Below are positions 49,991-62,300 of a stretch of 64,000 bases of DNA, piece by piece. Source of the DNA: Leucoraja erinacea. Taxonomy: Eukaryota. A program made the translations under genes and the position numbers. The DNA is taken from contig NC_073415.1 in the NCBI RefSeq assembly GCF_028641065.1, forward strand, positions 11,532,001-11,596,000. The letters run 5' to 3'. A model generated the notes under the pieces. The model saw only the letters and a list, made by a program, of their open reading frames with translations. It was not told the DNA's origin and ran no database searches. Each line of letters opens with the position of its first letter. Positions within the stretch are counted from its first letter, which is position 1.

Positions 49991-52145
49991 GGTCCTCATC
50001 AGTGGAGCTTCTATACGGATGGTCAACTAGAGGGCCTGGGCTACAGGGAGAGGCTGGGCAGACTGGGACTTCATTCCTTGCAGAGCAGGATGCTGAGGGG
50101 TGATCTTATAAAGGTGTATAAAATCACAAGAATAAATAGGGTGAATTTCAAAGACAATAATCAATGCATAGTTCCATGTAATTGTTGAATTGAGCCACTT
50201 GTTAAAAGGTTCAGTACAAGCAAATTAGTTTGAAGGACAACACCCTGTTGTTTAATAGACTAAGGATGTCGTGCCCCACAGAGGTAATGATAACTTACCA
50301 GACACTCCAACTGTCTATGCTTTTAGAAAATGTCAATCACTCCCACCAGAACGGATATAAACAGTAATCACACCTCCTTAATACACAAGTTGCTTTCAGC
50401 ACAACCATAATATGTTATTTTTGGATAATAAAAAGGGAGCAATGAAGAATGCTCGATTGCTTATGATTTGGTGAAAATAATACATGTGAGCACGTGCCTG
50501 AGCCCACAGACTGTTTTGTTTCCCTAATTCTGACCCTACAGTTCCGAGCAATTACTCATTAAATTAATGCACTTGTTGTCACACAGACCGTAACTAATTT
50601 CCTTCTCAGTTACGTTCTGAAAATGGTAATTGCTTCTGTTAATTTGCTCAGAGATAAAGCATCACGAGGTCTTGTTCCCTTGCACTGCGTCAGAACAGAT
50701 ATACCAAGCCATTTCACTGTAATATTTCTCTTCGTTTGCTGCGTTGATCTTTCCTGCATCTCCATATTGTACCTTCAGCTCAAAATGCCGGAGACGGATC
50801 CATCTGAAGAGGGGTCCCGACCTAAAACACCATCCGTCCAATCCCTCCACAGATGCTGCCTGACCCACTGAGGCCCTGCAGCACTGTTTACAGCTCTAGA
50901 TTCCAGCATCTGCAGTCTTTTGTGCCTTCAGCTACCTTGACCACAAGCTCTGGAATTCCATAAACTTCTTCATCTCTCCCGACTACATTTTACAACCCTC
51001 CTTAGAATATATCTAGATGACTAGGTTTTGAGCAAATAGTCCAATATCTAAAGAAGGGTTTTGGCACAACTCTCACTTGCAGGGATAAGCATAAAAATGC
51101 TGGAGTAACCAATATCTGAAGAAGGGTTTCGGCCCGAAACGTTGCCTATTTCCTTCGCTCCATAGATGCTGCTGCACCCGCTGAGTTTCTCCAGCTTTTT
51201 TGTGTAACGTCCAATATCTAACATAGCTTAGTATCAAATTTATTTGCTAACATCTCCTTAAAACATTGTAACATTATAGGCTCTGTATAAATGCAAATTG
51301 TCACCTGTAATGCTCTCTTGGTTCTCTGTAACTTTTTGATATTTACAATTTCACCTGTCCCATGACTCACCCTACGAATGCTTATGTATTCAATTATTTT
51401 TTCTCCATAATGTCACCCAAGCTAATGTCAGAGTAATTCTGTGTGACCTGATATCAAAGTCTATAAAACCCAGCTTGTATATTTTACTAAAATAACTTGG
51501 TCTAAAGAAGGGTCTTGACCCGAAACGTCACCCATTCCTTCTGTCCAGAGATGCTGCCTGTCCCGTTGAGTTACTCCAGCATTTTGTGTCTACCTCTTAA
51601 ACCAGCACCTGCAGTTCTTTCCCACACATTATTAAAATAACTATCTGGGCCAACCTAGTTTCCCCATGAGAGCAGCCTGTTGCTATTTCTTCGGTTTTAT
51701 TTCTCTCTCATGCAAATAGATTTTTTTGGACCAAGCATGCATAGTGAGGTGAGTCATCAATGTAATAAATCAAACACATCCTCTAGACAGAAGCATTAAA
51801 AAGGAGCCTGTGTTTAGAAACTGTAACTATTTTGTAATCATTTTGGCTTTGGCACAACTCTCACTTGCAGGGATAAGCATAAAAATGCTGGAGTAACTCA
51901 GCAGGACAGGCCTTATTTCTGGAGAGAAGGAACGGAGGACATTTCAGGTCAAGACCCTTCTTCAGACTTCTCACTGGCAAGCCCTAAGACAAAGCAGGTG
52001 GAACATATGCCTTTGCATTGGCATTAGCAAAATACAGACAACTTTAAGCTTTAAATGAATCAACACCTACATCTTTTAGTTAAATTCAGAACAATACAGG
52101 AGTCAAAACTAGGTTGACTCAGTTTAAAGCCCAGCAAAGTGCAGC

Positions 52146-52365
52146 CGTGGAATTCTCTGCCACAGAAAGGTAGTTGAGGCCAGTTCATTGGCTATATTTA
52201 AGAGGGAGTTAGATGTGGCCCTTGTGGCTAAAGGGATCAGGGTGTATGGAGAGAAGGCAGGTACAGGATACCGAGTTGGATGATCAGCCATGATCATATT
52301 GAATGGCGGTGCAGGCTCGAAGGGCCGAATGACCTACTCCTGCACCTATTTTCTATGTTTCTATG
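52146..52365 (+). mobile_element. CR1 LINE 3' end
   Basis: Same family sequence. Confidence 0.85.
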
Positions 52366-52508
52366 TGACCTCATGTATTATCCCTGCTCAGATAACCAAA
52401 TTAATTCCAAAATTAAAAAAGCAACCATGAATAGTGAGCAGCCTGGAAAATGTACAAGTCAAAGTCTGTAAAACAGTTGTTGCCCGCAATATAATTATAC
52501 TCAATAAT

Positions 52509-52514
52509 TTTATT
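52509..52514 (-). terminator. Candidate PET100 polyadenylation signal AATAAA
   Basis: tttatt on + strand ~160 nt after the stop codon. Confidence 0.5.
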
Positions 52515-52676
52515 TTTTTAAATAAAAGTTCATCAGGTCATGACAGGAATGGTAAGGTAATGGTAAGATATGCTGATAAAGCTCTCCAGAAGAAAGAAAT
52601 AATAATTTTGCAAAATTCCAACAGGCTGCATCAATTGAAGTTTTGCCCGTAAGTACTGGCAACTTCTGATTCTGTA

Positions 52677-52772
52677 TTACTGTTCTGAAACTTTCTGTGT
52701 ATCTGCTTGATGCAGGAGTTTCTGTTCCCGCTTCACTCTCATCCGTTCCTTGAAGTCTTCCAGTTCTTTGCG
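52677..52772 (-). CDS. PET100: PET100 exon 4 (stop TAA)
   Basis: 96 nt, charged C-terminus. Confidence 0.93.
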   Translation of the reverse strand, partial: RKELEDFKERMRVKREQKLLHQADTQKVSEQ

Positions 52773-55700
52773 CTGTGATCAGAAACGAGCAATATTAGAA
52801 ACAGCTCAGGGGCTGAACTCACTTGAAAGATATGTGTAAGTGAGGATATATAACACGCGCTCACCAGCTCCTGCGGATGAGGGTGTATCAAATGCAAGTT
52901 AGATACTTTCACAACTAATAACCGAGTGAAAAGGTTGGCCCTCAAGTACATCTTAGTTAAATTTAGTTTGTTGTCACTTATACCGAGATACGGTGAAAAG
53001 CTTTTTTTGCGTGCTATCCAGTCAGCAGAAAGACAATACATGATTACAATCGAGGTATTTACAGTGTATAGATACATGATAAGGAAATAACGTTTAGTGC
53101 AAGGTGAAGCCAGCAAAGTTCGATCAAGGAGAGTCCGAGGGTCACCAAAGATGTAGACAGTATTTCAGGACTGCTCTCTGGTTGTGGTAGGATGGTTCAG
53201 TTGCCTGATAACAACTAAATCTTTCCCCTCTCACCTTAAACCTACATCCTCTGGTTCTTGATTCCCTTACCCTGTGCAGTCACTAGTCCTAGCCTGCCCA
53301 ACCTCACCCTATACTTCAGGCCCTCCTGTCCCGGTATCATCCTCGTAGGTTTTCTCTAAAACTCTCTCAAGCTTAATGTTGGCAGTCAATGACCATCTTG
53401 GCAAATTCTAAATAAAACTAAACAACAGATAAATGTGGTCACATATATTTAAAAAAAATCTGTGGTCACTTCATGAAGTAAAAGCATCAGTTTTGCAATT
53501 ATTGAAGGTTAATGCCAAGCAGCCATATTATTCACAAGGAACTGCAGCTGTGTGAGACTCTCATCCCAAATGCCAGGAATAAGCAGGGAGTTCAATCCTT
53601 GATGTGAATGACAAATGTACTTTGATAAAAGTGGTGAAATCTGCTCATTGTTTATCTATAACCGATTACTTGCATTGACAACAATTATGTTATATATGGC
53701 ATCAGGAGCTCAGGTACTTACGTGCATCTTCTCTTCTGGCGGATAGATTTCTCTCTGAAAAAATACAAATTGGAAATGGTGCTTGAAGAACACGGATGCC
53801 ATAATAGAATGGGATTTTTAAAAACTGTTTGAAGTTCCAGCAAAGGACACGAGTGCTCCTATGAGCAGAATATACAATCCACATTGTTAACATACATTCT
53901 ACCATTTCACAGTGCTTCACGTTCAAATTCCCAGGAGTCATTTGCCATCAGTAGAGCTCCAAATCTGACAGGAGGAATACAGATTCTTATGCATTCAAGC
54001 TTTAATCTAACAAGAGGGTAATGTTAATAAAAAAAACTATCTGCAGGCATGTTGGAATATCTCAGCAGGTTCTCTCAAATTCCAGTTCTTGTATTAATTT
54101 CAATTTTATCTGGTGAACAACTGCAAAATGCATCTCATAACACTGACCTTTCTTTTGACGACGTATTCTTCAAAGTACTCTGCTTGATTTGATATCCAAA
54201 ACACTGTCACAGGAAATGACAGGTAAATGAACATCTGAAATAAAGAAAAGCACAATCAGATTTAGTTTAGTTTAGTTTAGAGATACAGCGCGGAAACAGA
54301 CCCTTCGGCCCACCGGATCCGCACCGACCAGCTAACCCGCACATTAACACTACACCCACTAGGGACAATTTTTACATTTACCAAGCCAATTAACCTATAA
54401 ACCTATACGTCTTTGGAGTGTGGGAGGAAACCCACGCAGGTCACGGGGAGAACGTACAAACTCCGTACAGACAGCACCCTTAATCGGGGTCGAACCTGGG
54501 TCACCAGTTCTGCATTCGCTGTAAGGCAGCAACTCTAACGCTGAGCCATCCTGGCCGCCCTGTTACACACTCTGAATTAAATATTTTGAGTGTTGTCGCC
54601 AAAAGACCCACTGACTTCTGTGCAAAAATAATAGGTTGCTATCCACAAGTTGCATTGTGGTGTTTCAGAAATCAAATGCAAACTTACATAAGACAAGAAC
54701 ATAACATCTGCCCCATCAAGTCTGCTTTGTCATTCCATGGCTGATTTACTCCAGGGCTGAATCTCTGCATTTAACTCATAGCCCTCAATTCCCCAAACTT
54801 TAAAACAATTAGACACGCAATAGACTGCAGATGTTGCAATCTTGTGCAAAACACAAGACGCTGGAGGAACTGTGGGTCAGGCAGCATCTGTGGAGGGAAT
54901 AGCCAGAAGACGTTTCCAGATGGGACTTTCCTTCAAAAATCCACCTACCTTCGCTTTAACAACTTCTAATGACCACATATTGATAGATAAGCTACATCCA
55001 TTGACTTTGCACGGGGTGCAAGAGAGGCTTGGATGAAAGGATCTTGGCTACAAGGTAAGGTTGGATTGGATTGTTTTTACTGGAGGCTGCGGGGAGGCCT
55101 GATGCATGAATATAAAATTACCAGACACATCGAGCAAACAGAATGTTTTACCCAGGGCAGAAATGTCAAATATTAGAGGTCACAGCTTTAAGATGAGAGG
55201 ATAAAAGTTTAAAAGAGATGTGTGGGGCAAGCTTTTTTGTTTACACAGTAGTGGGGGCCTGTTACACAGCCAGGGGTGGTGGTAAAGCAGAAAAGATGGT
55301 GGTGTTTGAGAGGCCATTAGATACGCACCTGGATATGCAGAGAATGGAGGGATATGGATCATGTGCAGACAGGAGAGATTAGTTTAATTTAACATATTTG
55401 GCACAAACATCGTGGGACAGAACACAACAGTTCTATACTGATCTCATCACTTCCTCATCCTTGTGAGTCAGGTGCAAAAATGGTTATTTGTTTACATAAA
55501 TTGTTATGAATTTGAACTTCAAAGCTAAACCCCATGCTGAGTTGGACCATCACATTGCAATTATGAGTAAGCAATTCTCTCTGCGATCATAGAAATTTGT
55601 TTTATAACGAGAAATACTTCTGCACTCTGTTAAGAAATCAAACCACCTACGACATGGAACAGAGTTCTTCACAGCACAGGTAATGAAGGATGTGCAAAGG

Positions 55701-58357
55701 TCTCGCTGAATGGAATGAGTTCTAAATAACTGCTCAAATATTTCCGCAGTTTTTTACTTCTCCCTTGTAAATGAGTCTCAACATGACTGCTATCTCCAGC
55801 AGAGACGACATGAAAACACAGGACATAATGATCAATGAACTACAGAAAGTAAATGAAAAATGTAATTGTAAGAAATGATCGGAATAAAGGATGAGAAAAA
55901 AGGCACAGTTGACAAAATAAAATTGAAGCAATGGAATAAAAAGATTTTAGAAGAAAAGTTATGAGAAAACATTTCAATAAAACTCTACGTACAACATAAA
56001 ACTTGGCAGACGCAAGGAATTGGAAATAAAATAGATCTGTGGAGATCCTGCAGCAGGACTGGAAGAGGAAAGATTGCCAGGAAGAGAGGGTGGAACAGAA
56101 GCTTCTCCCACACACTCAACTGTCCAGCCAGGTTTCTTCACCCTGTTACTTTGCCCATTTTCCACCCCAATCCTCTACCTGGTCCCATCTGCCCATCATG
56201 CCCCTGCACTCGTGTTCAAGAACAGTTTGTCTACTCCACTGCGATATTTCCTCAAGGTATGCCTACTTTGAAGAAGTTCTCCTCCTCTCTCCGGAGAGTT
56301 ACACAACCTCCTCTCTAACTGCCCCCTCTCTGTGATCCCCCCTGCCCTCCAACTGTACGAGCACATCCTTACCCAGACTCGGAAAAATATTTTTGTATGC
56401 CCCTTCACTTGCCTGCCTCTGCACTAATCAGATATGATAGAACTTTATTTATCCCAGGAGGGAAATTGATCTGCCAACAGTCACAAAACACAAGATACAT
56501 GAAATTAAAGTGATGTGGAAAGTCCAGGATTGGGGAGGGGAAGGGGAGTCAGTCAACTCCACCACAGAAGGGGGAGGAGTTGTAGTTTGTACAATGATCC
56601 CAACCTCTGCACCAATCACTTGCCAAATGTTGTCCGATTAACAGTGATCACCGTTTATTTATGAACGCTCCATTATATGGAAACATTCTCTTTACTTTGG
56701 TTCATTCTAGTCCTTTCATAACCTCAGCATTTCTCAAATGCTTTACAGTTAATCAAGTACTTCTGCAATGCAACATTATTGAAATATAGGAAGTACAGTA
56801 CTGTAGAAAATTCCTGCAGAGCTTCCACGAGTTCCACAGACAAATAATGTTTGTCTTGTTGATGAGGGATGGATAGTGGGAGAACAATGGTGTTAACTTC
56901 CTAGACATTTAAAAAAATGCAGATGCTGGAAACCTGAAATAAAATAGAAAATGCTAGAAATGCCCATGCTGTTCCACCCCTCTCTCCATTCTCTACGCTT
57001 CTATAGGCCCTGAAATGGTCCCTGCAGATTGACGACTAGTAAAGGAGGAAGAGAAATTGGGAACTACTAATTTGTTAGCCTGATATCATAGCAGGGAAGC
57101 ATTGGGATGTATAATAAAGGATGCGACAGTAAAATACTTAAGAAATTAACAATGTGTTTGACAAGAGTCAACATCAAATTATGAATGGTAAGTCATGTTT
57201 AGCTAATCAACTGGAAGTTCTTTGAAGATGTATCTGCTGGAGCAGTTACGGAATGACCTGAAGATTTCATGTATTTGGAATGTCAGAAAGATTTCAATAA
57301 GATCTCACACAGGTGGAGATTATATCTACATATCTAGTCTGCCTGCACATAATCCATAACCCTGCATATCAAAAAACCTTTTAAACACATCTCAGGGGCA
57401 GGGATTTTTTTGCCTTCTGGAATAAGACATTTTTATGCACCTCAGTTTTAAATAACTGGCCCTTATTTTAAATCAGCATCTCCCTTCAGAGATGCTGCCT
57501 GACCAGTTGACTTCCAAGTCTGAAGGGTCGCGTCCTGGAATGTTACCCATTCCTTCTATCCAGGGATGCTGCTTGTCCCACTGAGTTACTCCAATTTTTT
57601 GTGTCCGACTTCCTACAGAACATATGTGTTGATTCCACATCTGCATTCCTTGTGTTCCTGTTAACTCTTCCTTCCAAACTCAGTCCCTGCAGTGCCTTAA
57701 TCATTGGCCTGTAGCCACCTCTGGCCTAGTGTGCATGCCTACTAAACCCAGCATGAGCCATCTCCTCGCAGTGCCAAACTCAGCCCCCCTGCACCATTCC
57801 ACCTCTGGCCCAGTGTCAACATCCTCTGGCCCGCTGTGAGTGACCACTCTGGCCCAGTGTGTGACCTTGACCCACTGTGATTGACCCCTCTGGCCCAGTG
57901 TCAACATCCTCTGGCCCACTGTGAGTGACCCCTCTGGCCCAGTGTCAACATCCTCTGGTCCACTGTGAGTGACCCCTCTGGCCCACCCTCTGACCCACTG
58001 TGAACCACCTCTGGCCTAGCGTGAGCGACCCCTTGCACCATCCCACCTCTGGCCCAGTGTCAACATCCTCTGGCCCACTGTGAGTGCCCCCTCTGGCCCA
58101 GTGTCAACATCCTCTGGTCCCCTGTGAGTGACCCCTCTGGCCCAGTGTCAACATCCTCTGGTCCACTGTGAGTGACCCCTCTGGCCCAGTGTGTGACCCC
58201 ATGACCCACTGTGAGCCACCTCTGGCCTAGCGTGAGCGGCCCTCCTGCACCTTCCCCTCAGGCCTCAGGCCTTGTTCCCCGTCGCCCCGCGTTACCCCAC
58301 CCATCCATCTTCCCCCCTCTCTCCTACCCGCGCGATCTCCAGCCTCACGCCCCCCAT
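52677..58357 (-). CDS. PET100: PET100 cytochrome c oxidase assembly chaperone; 4 exons, 81 aa
   Basis: Exons 58328-58357, 54148-54234, 53722-53754 and 52677-52772 give MGGVRLEIAR/MFIYLSFPVTVFWISNQAEYFEEYVVKRK/REIYPPEEKMH/RKELEDFKERMRVKREQKLLHQADTQKVSEQ*; matches recalled PET100 (MGVKLEIFRMIIYLTFPVAMFWVSNQAEWFE) and its synteny with STXBP2. Confidence 0.95.
53722..53754 (-). CDS. PET100: PET100 exon 3
   Basis: 33 nt, REIYPPEEKMH, cag/gtaagt. Confidence 0.92.
54148..54234 (-). CDS. PET100: PET100 exon 2
   Basis: 87 nt, transmembrane segment. Confidence 0.95.
54260..54560 (-). mobile_element. V-type SINE
   Basis: Same family, (tttag)n tail. Confidence 0.78.
57040..57315 (+). mobile_element. 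Decayed CR1 reverse-transcriptase fragment
   Basis: Degenerate GNY.PVSL...SQH....GKSCLAN..EFFEDV...MYL..QKDFNKI.H motifs with stops and frameshifts. Confidence 0.7.
57710..58250. repeat. GC-rich minisatellite (21-23-bp subunits cctctggcccagtgtcaacat / cctctggcccactgtgagtgacc) in PET100 intron 1
   Basis: About 20 recurrences of cctctggcc-type cores. Confidence 0.85.
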
Positions 58358-58670
58358 CTTGTCTCCGGGCCACCAGCCCGCCCGTCCCCGCGTGCTGCCA
58401 TTGGCCCTGGCCCCCGTCACTCAGCGCCGCCGACGCCACGGGATTGGCCGCTCGGGCCGGGCAGTTGCCATGGCGACCGATGTCCCGCCCCCCGGTGTTG
58501 CCCAGGCGACAGGCCCAGTGCGGCCCAGTGCGGCCCAGGCAGGCGGTGGAGGCAGGGCGGGCCCTGGGCTCGGGGTAGGGGGGCATCATCGTCATCGCCG
58601 GTAGCGGGAGGCTGCAGACTGGGGGCTGGAGCAGCGGCTACGGGAGGCCGGGCCGGGCCGGGCAGTGCAG
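58230..58670. promoter_or_regulatory. CpG island, probably bidirectional promoter of PET100, with two RFX X-boxes, two CCAAT boxes and a GC box
   Basis: GTTGCCATGGCGAC 58464-58477, GTTGCCCAGGCGAC 58497-58510, ATTGG at 58400 and 58443, CCCGCCCCC at 58484. Confidence 0.75.
58328..58357 (-). CDS. PET100: PET100 exon 1 (coding part)
   Basis: aagATGG, MGGVRLEIAR, donor gtagga. Confidence 0.92.
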
Positions 58671-58716
58671 GGATATTTGTTTTAATCATAGGAGCAAAAT
58701 TAGGCCATTCGGCCCA

Positions 58717-58963
58717 TCATAGAAACATAGAAAATAGGTGCAGGAGTAGGCCATTCGGCCCTTCGAGCCTGCACCGCCATTCAATATGATCATGGCTGAT
58801 CATCCAACTCAGTATCCCGTACCTGCCTTCTCTCCATACCCCCTGATCCCCTTTAGCCACAAGGGCCACATCTAACTCCCTCTTAAATATAGCCAATGAA
58901 CTGGCCTCAACTACCCTCTGTGGCAGAGAGTTCCAGAGATTCACCACTCTCTGTGTGAAAAAA
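58717..58963 (-). mobile_element. CR1 LINE 3' end abutting the PET100 CpG island
   Basis: ORF 58717-58947 [14 protein letters not shown]; same family. Confidence 0.88.
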
Positions 58964-59597
58964 GTCTATTCCGTCACTCAATCAAGGCTGGTCTTGATCA
59001 AGAAGAGGTCTATCTCTCCCTCCTGATTCTGATTCAGATTCAACTTTAATTGTCATTGTCAGTGTACAATACAGAGACAACGAAATGCAGTAACCCCCCT
59101 TCTCCCCATAACCCCTGACACCCGCACTAATCAACGATCTATCAATCTCTGCCTAAACATTTCAATTTCTTTCTCAAATAACTATTGCTTTCCCTCTCTC
59201 TCTGTCCCTCCCCACCAGAGTTATCTGTCTAGTTGTACTGTCTTCCTGATTAATTTTACTGATTCTTTACCACCTTCCCCATAGCCAACCATGAACCATT
59301 CTACATTTCCTTACCATCTGCTTTGATCTGTCGTTTTCACATCTAACCCTTCCATATCACAGGCAATTAGACACTGTAAGTTACAGGGAGAAGACAAGAG
59401 AATGGGGTTGAGGGACGAAAATAGAACAGCCACAGGTAAATGTCAAAGTAGACTCGATGGGCTGAATGGCTTAATTCTGCTCCTACGACTCATTAACTTA
59501 TAATAAGCAAAAAGTAGCGGTTAACTTTTCACTGTTCACAAAGCTTTTCATGGTACCTTGGTACACGTGACAATAAACTAAACTAGGGATAAGACTA

Positions 59598-59880
59598 CTT
59601 TAGACTTTAGAGATACAGCGTGAAAACAGGTCCTTTGGTCCACCCAGTCCAATCCGACCAGCGATCACCACATACACTAACACGATCTACAAACCACAAA
59701 CAATTTTACAGAAGCTAATTAACCTACAAACCTGTAAATCATTGGAGTGTGGGAGGAACCGGAGCACCTGGAGAAAACACATGCGGTCACAGGGAGAACT
59801 TACAAACTGCACAGACAGCACCTGTAGTTAGGAATGAACCTGGATCTCTGGTGCTGTGAGGCAGCAACTCCGCCACCCCA
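59598..59880 (-). mobile_element. V-type SINE
   Basis: Same family. Confidence 0.75.
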
Positions 59881-62014
59881 GTGGGCAGGATAAGGAAGGA
59901 GTTATCTTACAATAACAGGAGTATTAAATGACCTGCCTGCATTCACTGTCCAGGATTGCAGGTGAAAGATATTCAACAAGTGCTAATGTGATTATATGAG
60001 AATGATGCCTGGATTAGGGTGTATTGACTCCAAGGAGATGTAGACAGACTTGAATTATTTTCTCTGGAATGTCAAAGGATGCAGGGAGACATGATAGAAT
60101 TATATAAAATTATGAGAGGCATAATAGTGTAAAAATAACCCTTTTTCCAGGATGGAAATGTCAAATTTTAGAGGGCATAGCTTTAAGGGACTGGAGGCAA
60201 GGTTTTTTACAGAGGTTGATGGATGCCTGGAACATGGTGGTGGTAGAGGCAGATACAATAGTAGTATTTAAGAGACATTTGGATATGCAAGGAATTGAGG
60301 GGTATTGATTATATGCAGGCAGATAAGTTGGTCTTATGTTCAACACAGGCGTGGCTGAAGGGCCTCTTTCTGTGACAGTAACAGGAAGGAGACAAGAGGA
60401 AATTGATGAAAACCCTGCAGTCCTAACTAACAATTAAAATACTTGCCATCTAAAATCTTTTATTAGATCAGTCATCTAGTGTTTACCTACTTCCTCATTT
60501 ACTGACGGTGACTATACAATAAAACCTCTGGGACACAAATCAAGACAGCAGTGTCTGCGATTTTATTAGATTTAATTTAAGCTTTCAATCCTTATTACTC
60601 AGTGCACAGCACAGTGGCATCACCATCAGAGCTGCTGCCTCTCAGCTCCAGAGACCCAGGTTCGATTCTCACCCCTGGCTCTGCGTGGAATATGCATATT
60701 CACCCTGGGATGCTATAATTTCCTTCAGGTGCTCCTGTTTCCTCCTACATTCTATGAAAATGCTCAAGTTTTCAGTTTATTGGTCACTGACACCACTGTG
60801 TAAGTAAATGGTTGAATCTAGGTGAGTTTATGGAAAGATAAGACACAAAAAGCTGAAGTAATTCAGCAGGTCGGGCAGCATCTCTGGAAAAAAGGAACAG
60901 GTGACGTTCCGGGTCGGGACCCCTCTTGAGATGGAGTTTATGAGAATGTGGGCAGAATAAAAAGGGATTAGTGTTAACTGGGCATGATGGAATGGGTTTG
61001 TTGGGCTCAAAGACCTGTTTCTCTGACTTTGACACGAGATAAATATTTACAGTAGCAGTTTGTCTGCCATATATATACCACTGTATTCTCGATGATGCCA
61101 CATGGATTCAGAGACAAGATACTGGTACGCAAGATTTGCATCTGATCTAACATTTATTACTTTACTCTTCCAGTTGTGGACAACGCCTTTTACAGACCAT
61201 GAATGTTAAAGTTTTAATGGGCTAGAAGGCTTGGTACTTGAAGATGGAAGTATTTTGCGAGAATTGCTCACAGCCTGCAGATCGAGGAACACTGTAACCA
61301 TGCATTACTCAACATCTCAAGTCCTCTTCAGATGGGCAAGTTGACCTGAGCTTTTTGATCAAAGTCTCATGATTTTGTTGAATATCTACAGCCGGAAAAC
61401 AAAATTACATTTTCTGAGCGAATGTGTGGCCTCGAATTAAAAAGGGAGGAATAGGACATTATTTACCTCATTGAAATTCCAGGCACTTAGATGAGTTCAA
61501 ATAACAACAAGGACCTGTTGAATAGAGAAAGGTTGATAACAGTGAAGCTGATAATAACAGCCAAGCTGGGAAATTCATGTTTCATTTATAAAAGCACTAT
61601 TCAAACCCCTTGGTAGAGATTTATTTTTACTGCAGCCCCACAGTGTCTTGTGTAATGTTATAACAACCTGGTGTTTGGCCCATTTGTGAAATATTTTGCT
61701 AATTTAAAAAAAAAACATTTCAGCTCGGCCAGAACTCAATGATTTTTTAGTACAGCTGTTTTCCATTTGCCAATGTTTAAGTGACTACAGTCTATAATAT
61801 AACCTATAATTTTAATTTGCATAAAACCATCCAACACTATCTCTGTCCATGCGACAACAAAGAAACCAGTGAATAGAAATTGTAATTACCTAACTCCAAT
61901 TATCTCTTTTCAAATATACCTAGTGGTTTCTATGTTAACTCCATGTAGCTGATATATGGTGCCTTCTGGCCTGTTGTGGCTACTGACTCTCACATTCTGA
62001 CCTTGATTGATCGA

Positions 62015-62300
62015 TTGAGATACAGTACGGAAAAAGGCCCACCGAGTCCGCTCTGACCAGCGATCCCCGCACATTAATACAATACTACACACACTTGGGA
62101 CAATTTACAATTTTACCAAGCCAATTAACCTACAATGCTGTACCTCTTTGGAGTGTGGGAGGAAACCGAATATCTCAGAGAAAATCCGCACAGGTCATGG
62201 GGAGAACGTACAAACTTGGTAAGACAATACCTGTAGTCAGGATCGAACCTGGGTCTCTGGCACTGCAAGGCAGCCACTTTACTGCTGTACCATCGTACCA
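62015..62300 (-). mobile_element. V-type SINE
   Basis: Same family. Confidence 0.75.

Noticed and set aside
58211-58789. Several long GC-rich ORFs over the CpG island, including gccATGGCG at 58470
   Set aside because: Stop-poor because of GC content, no recognisable domain, and the ATG lies inside an X-box palindrome.
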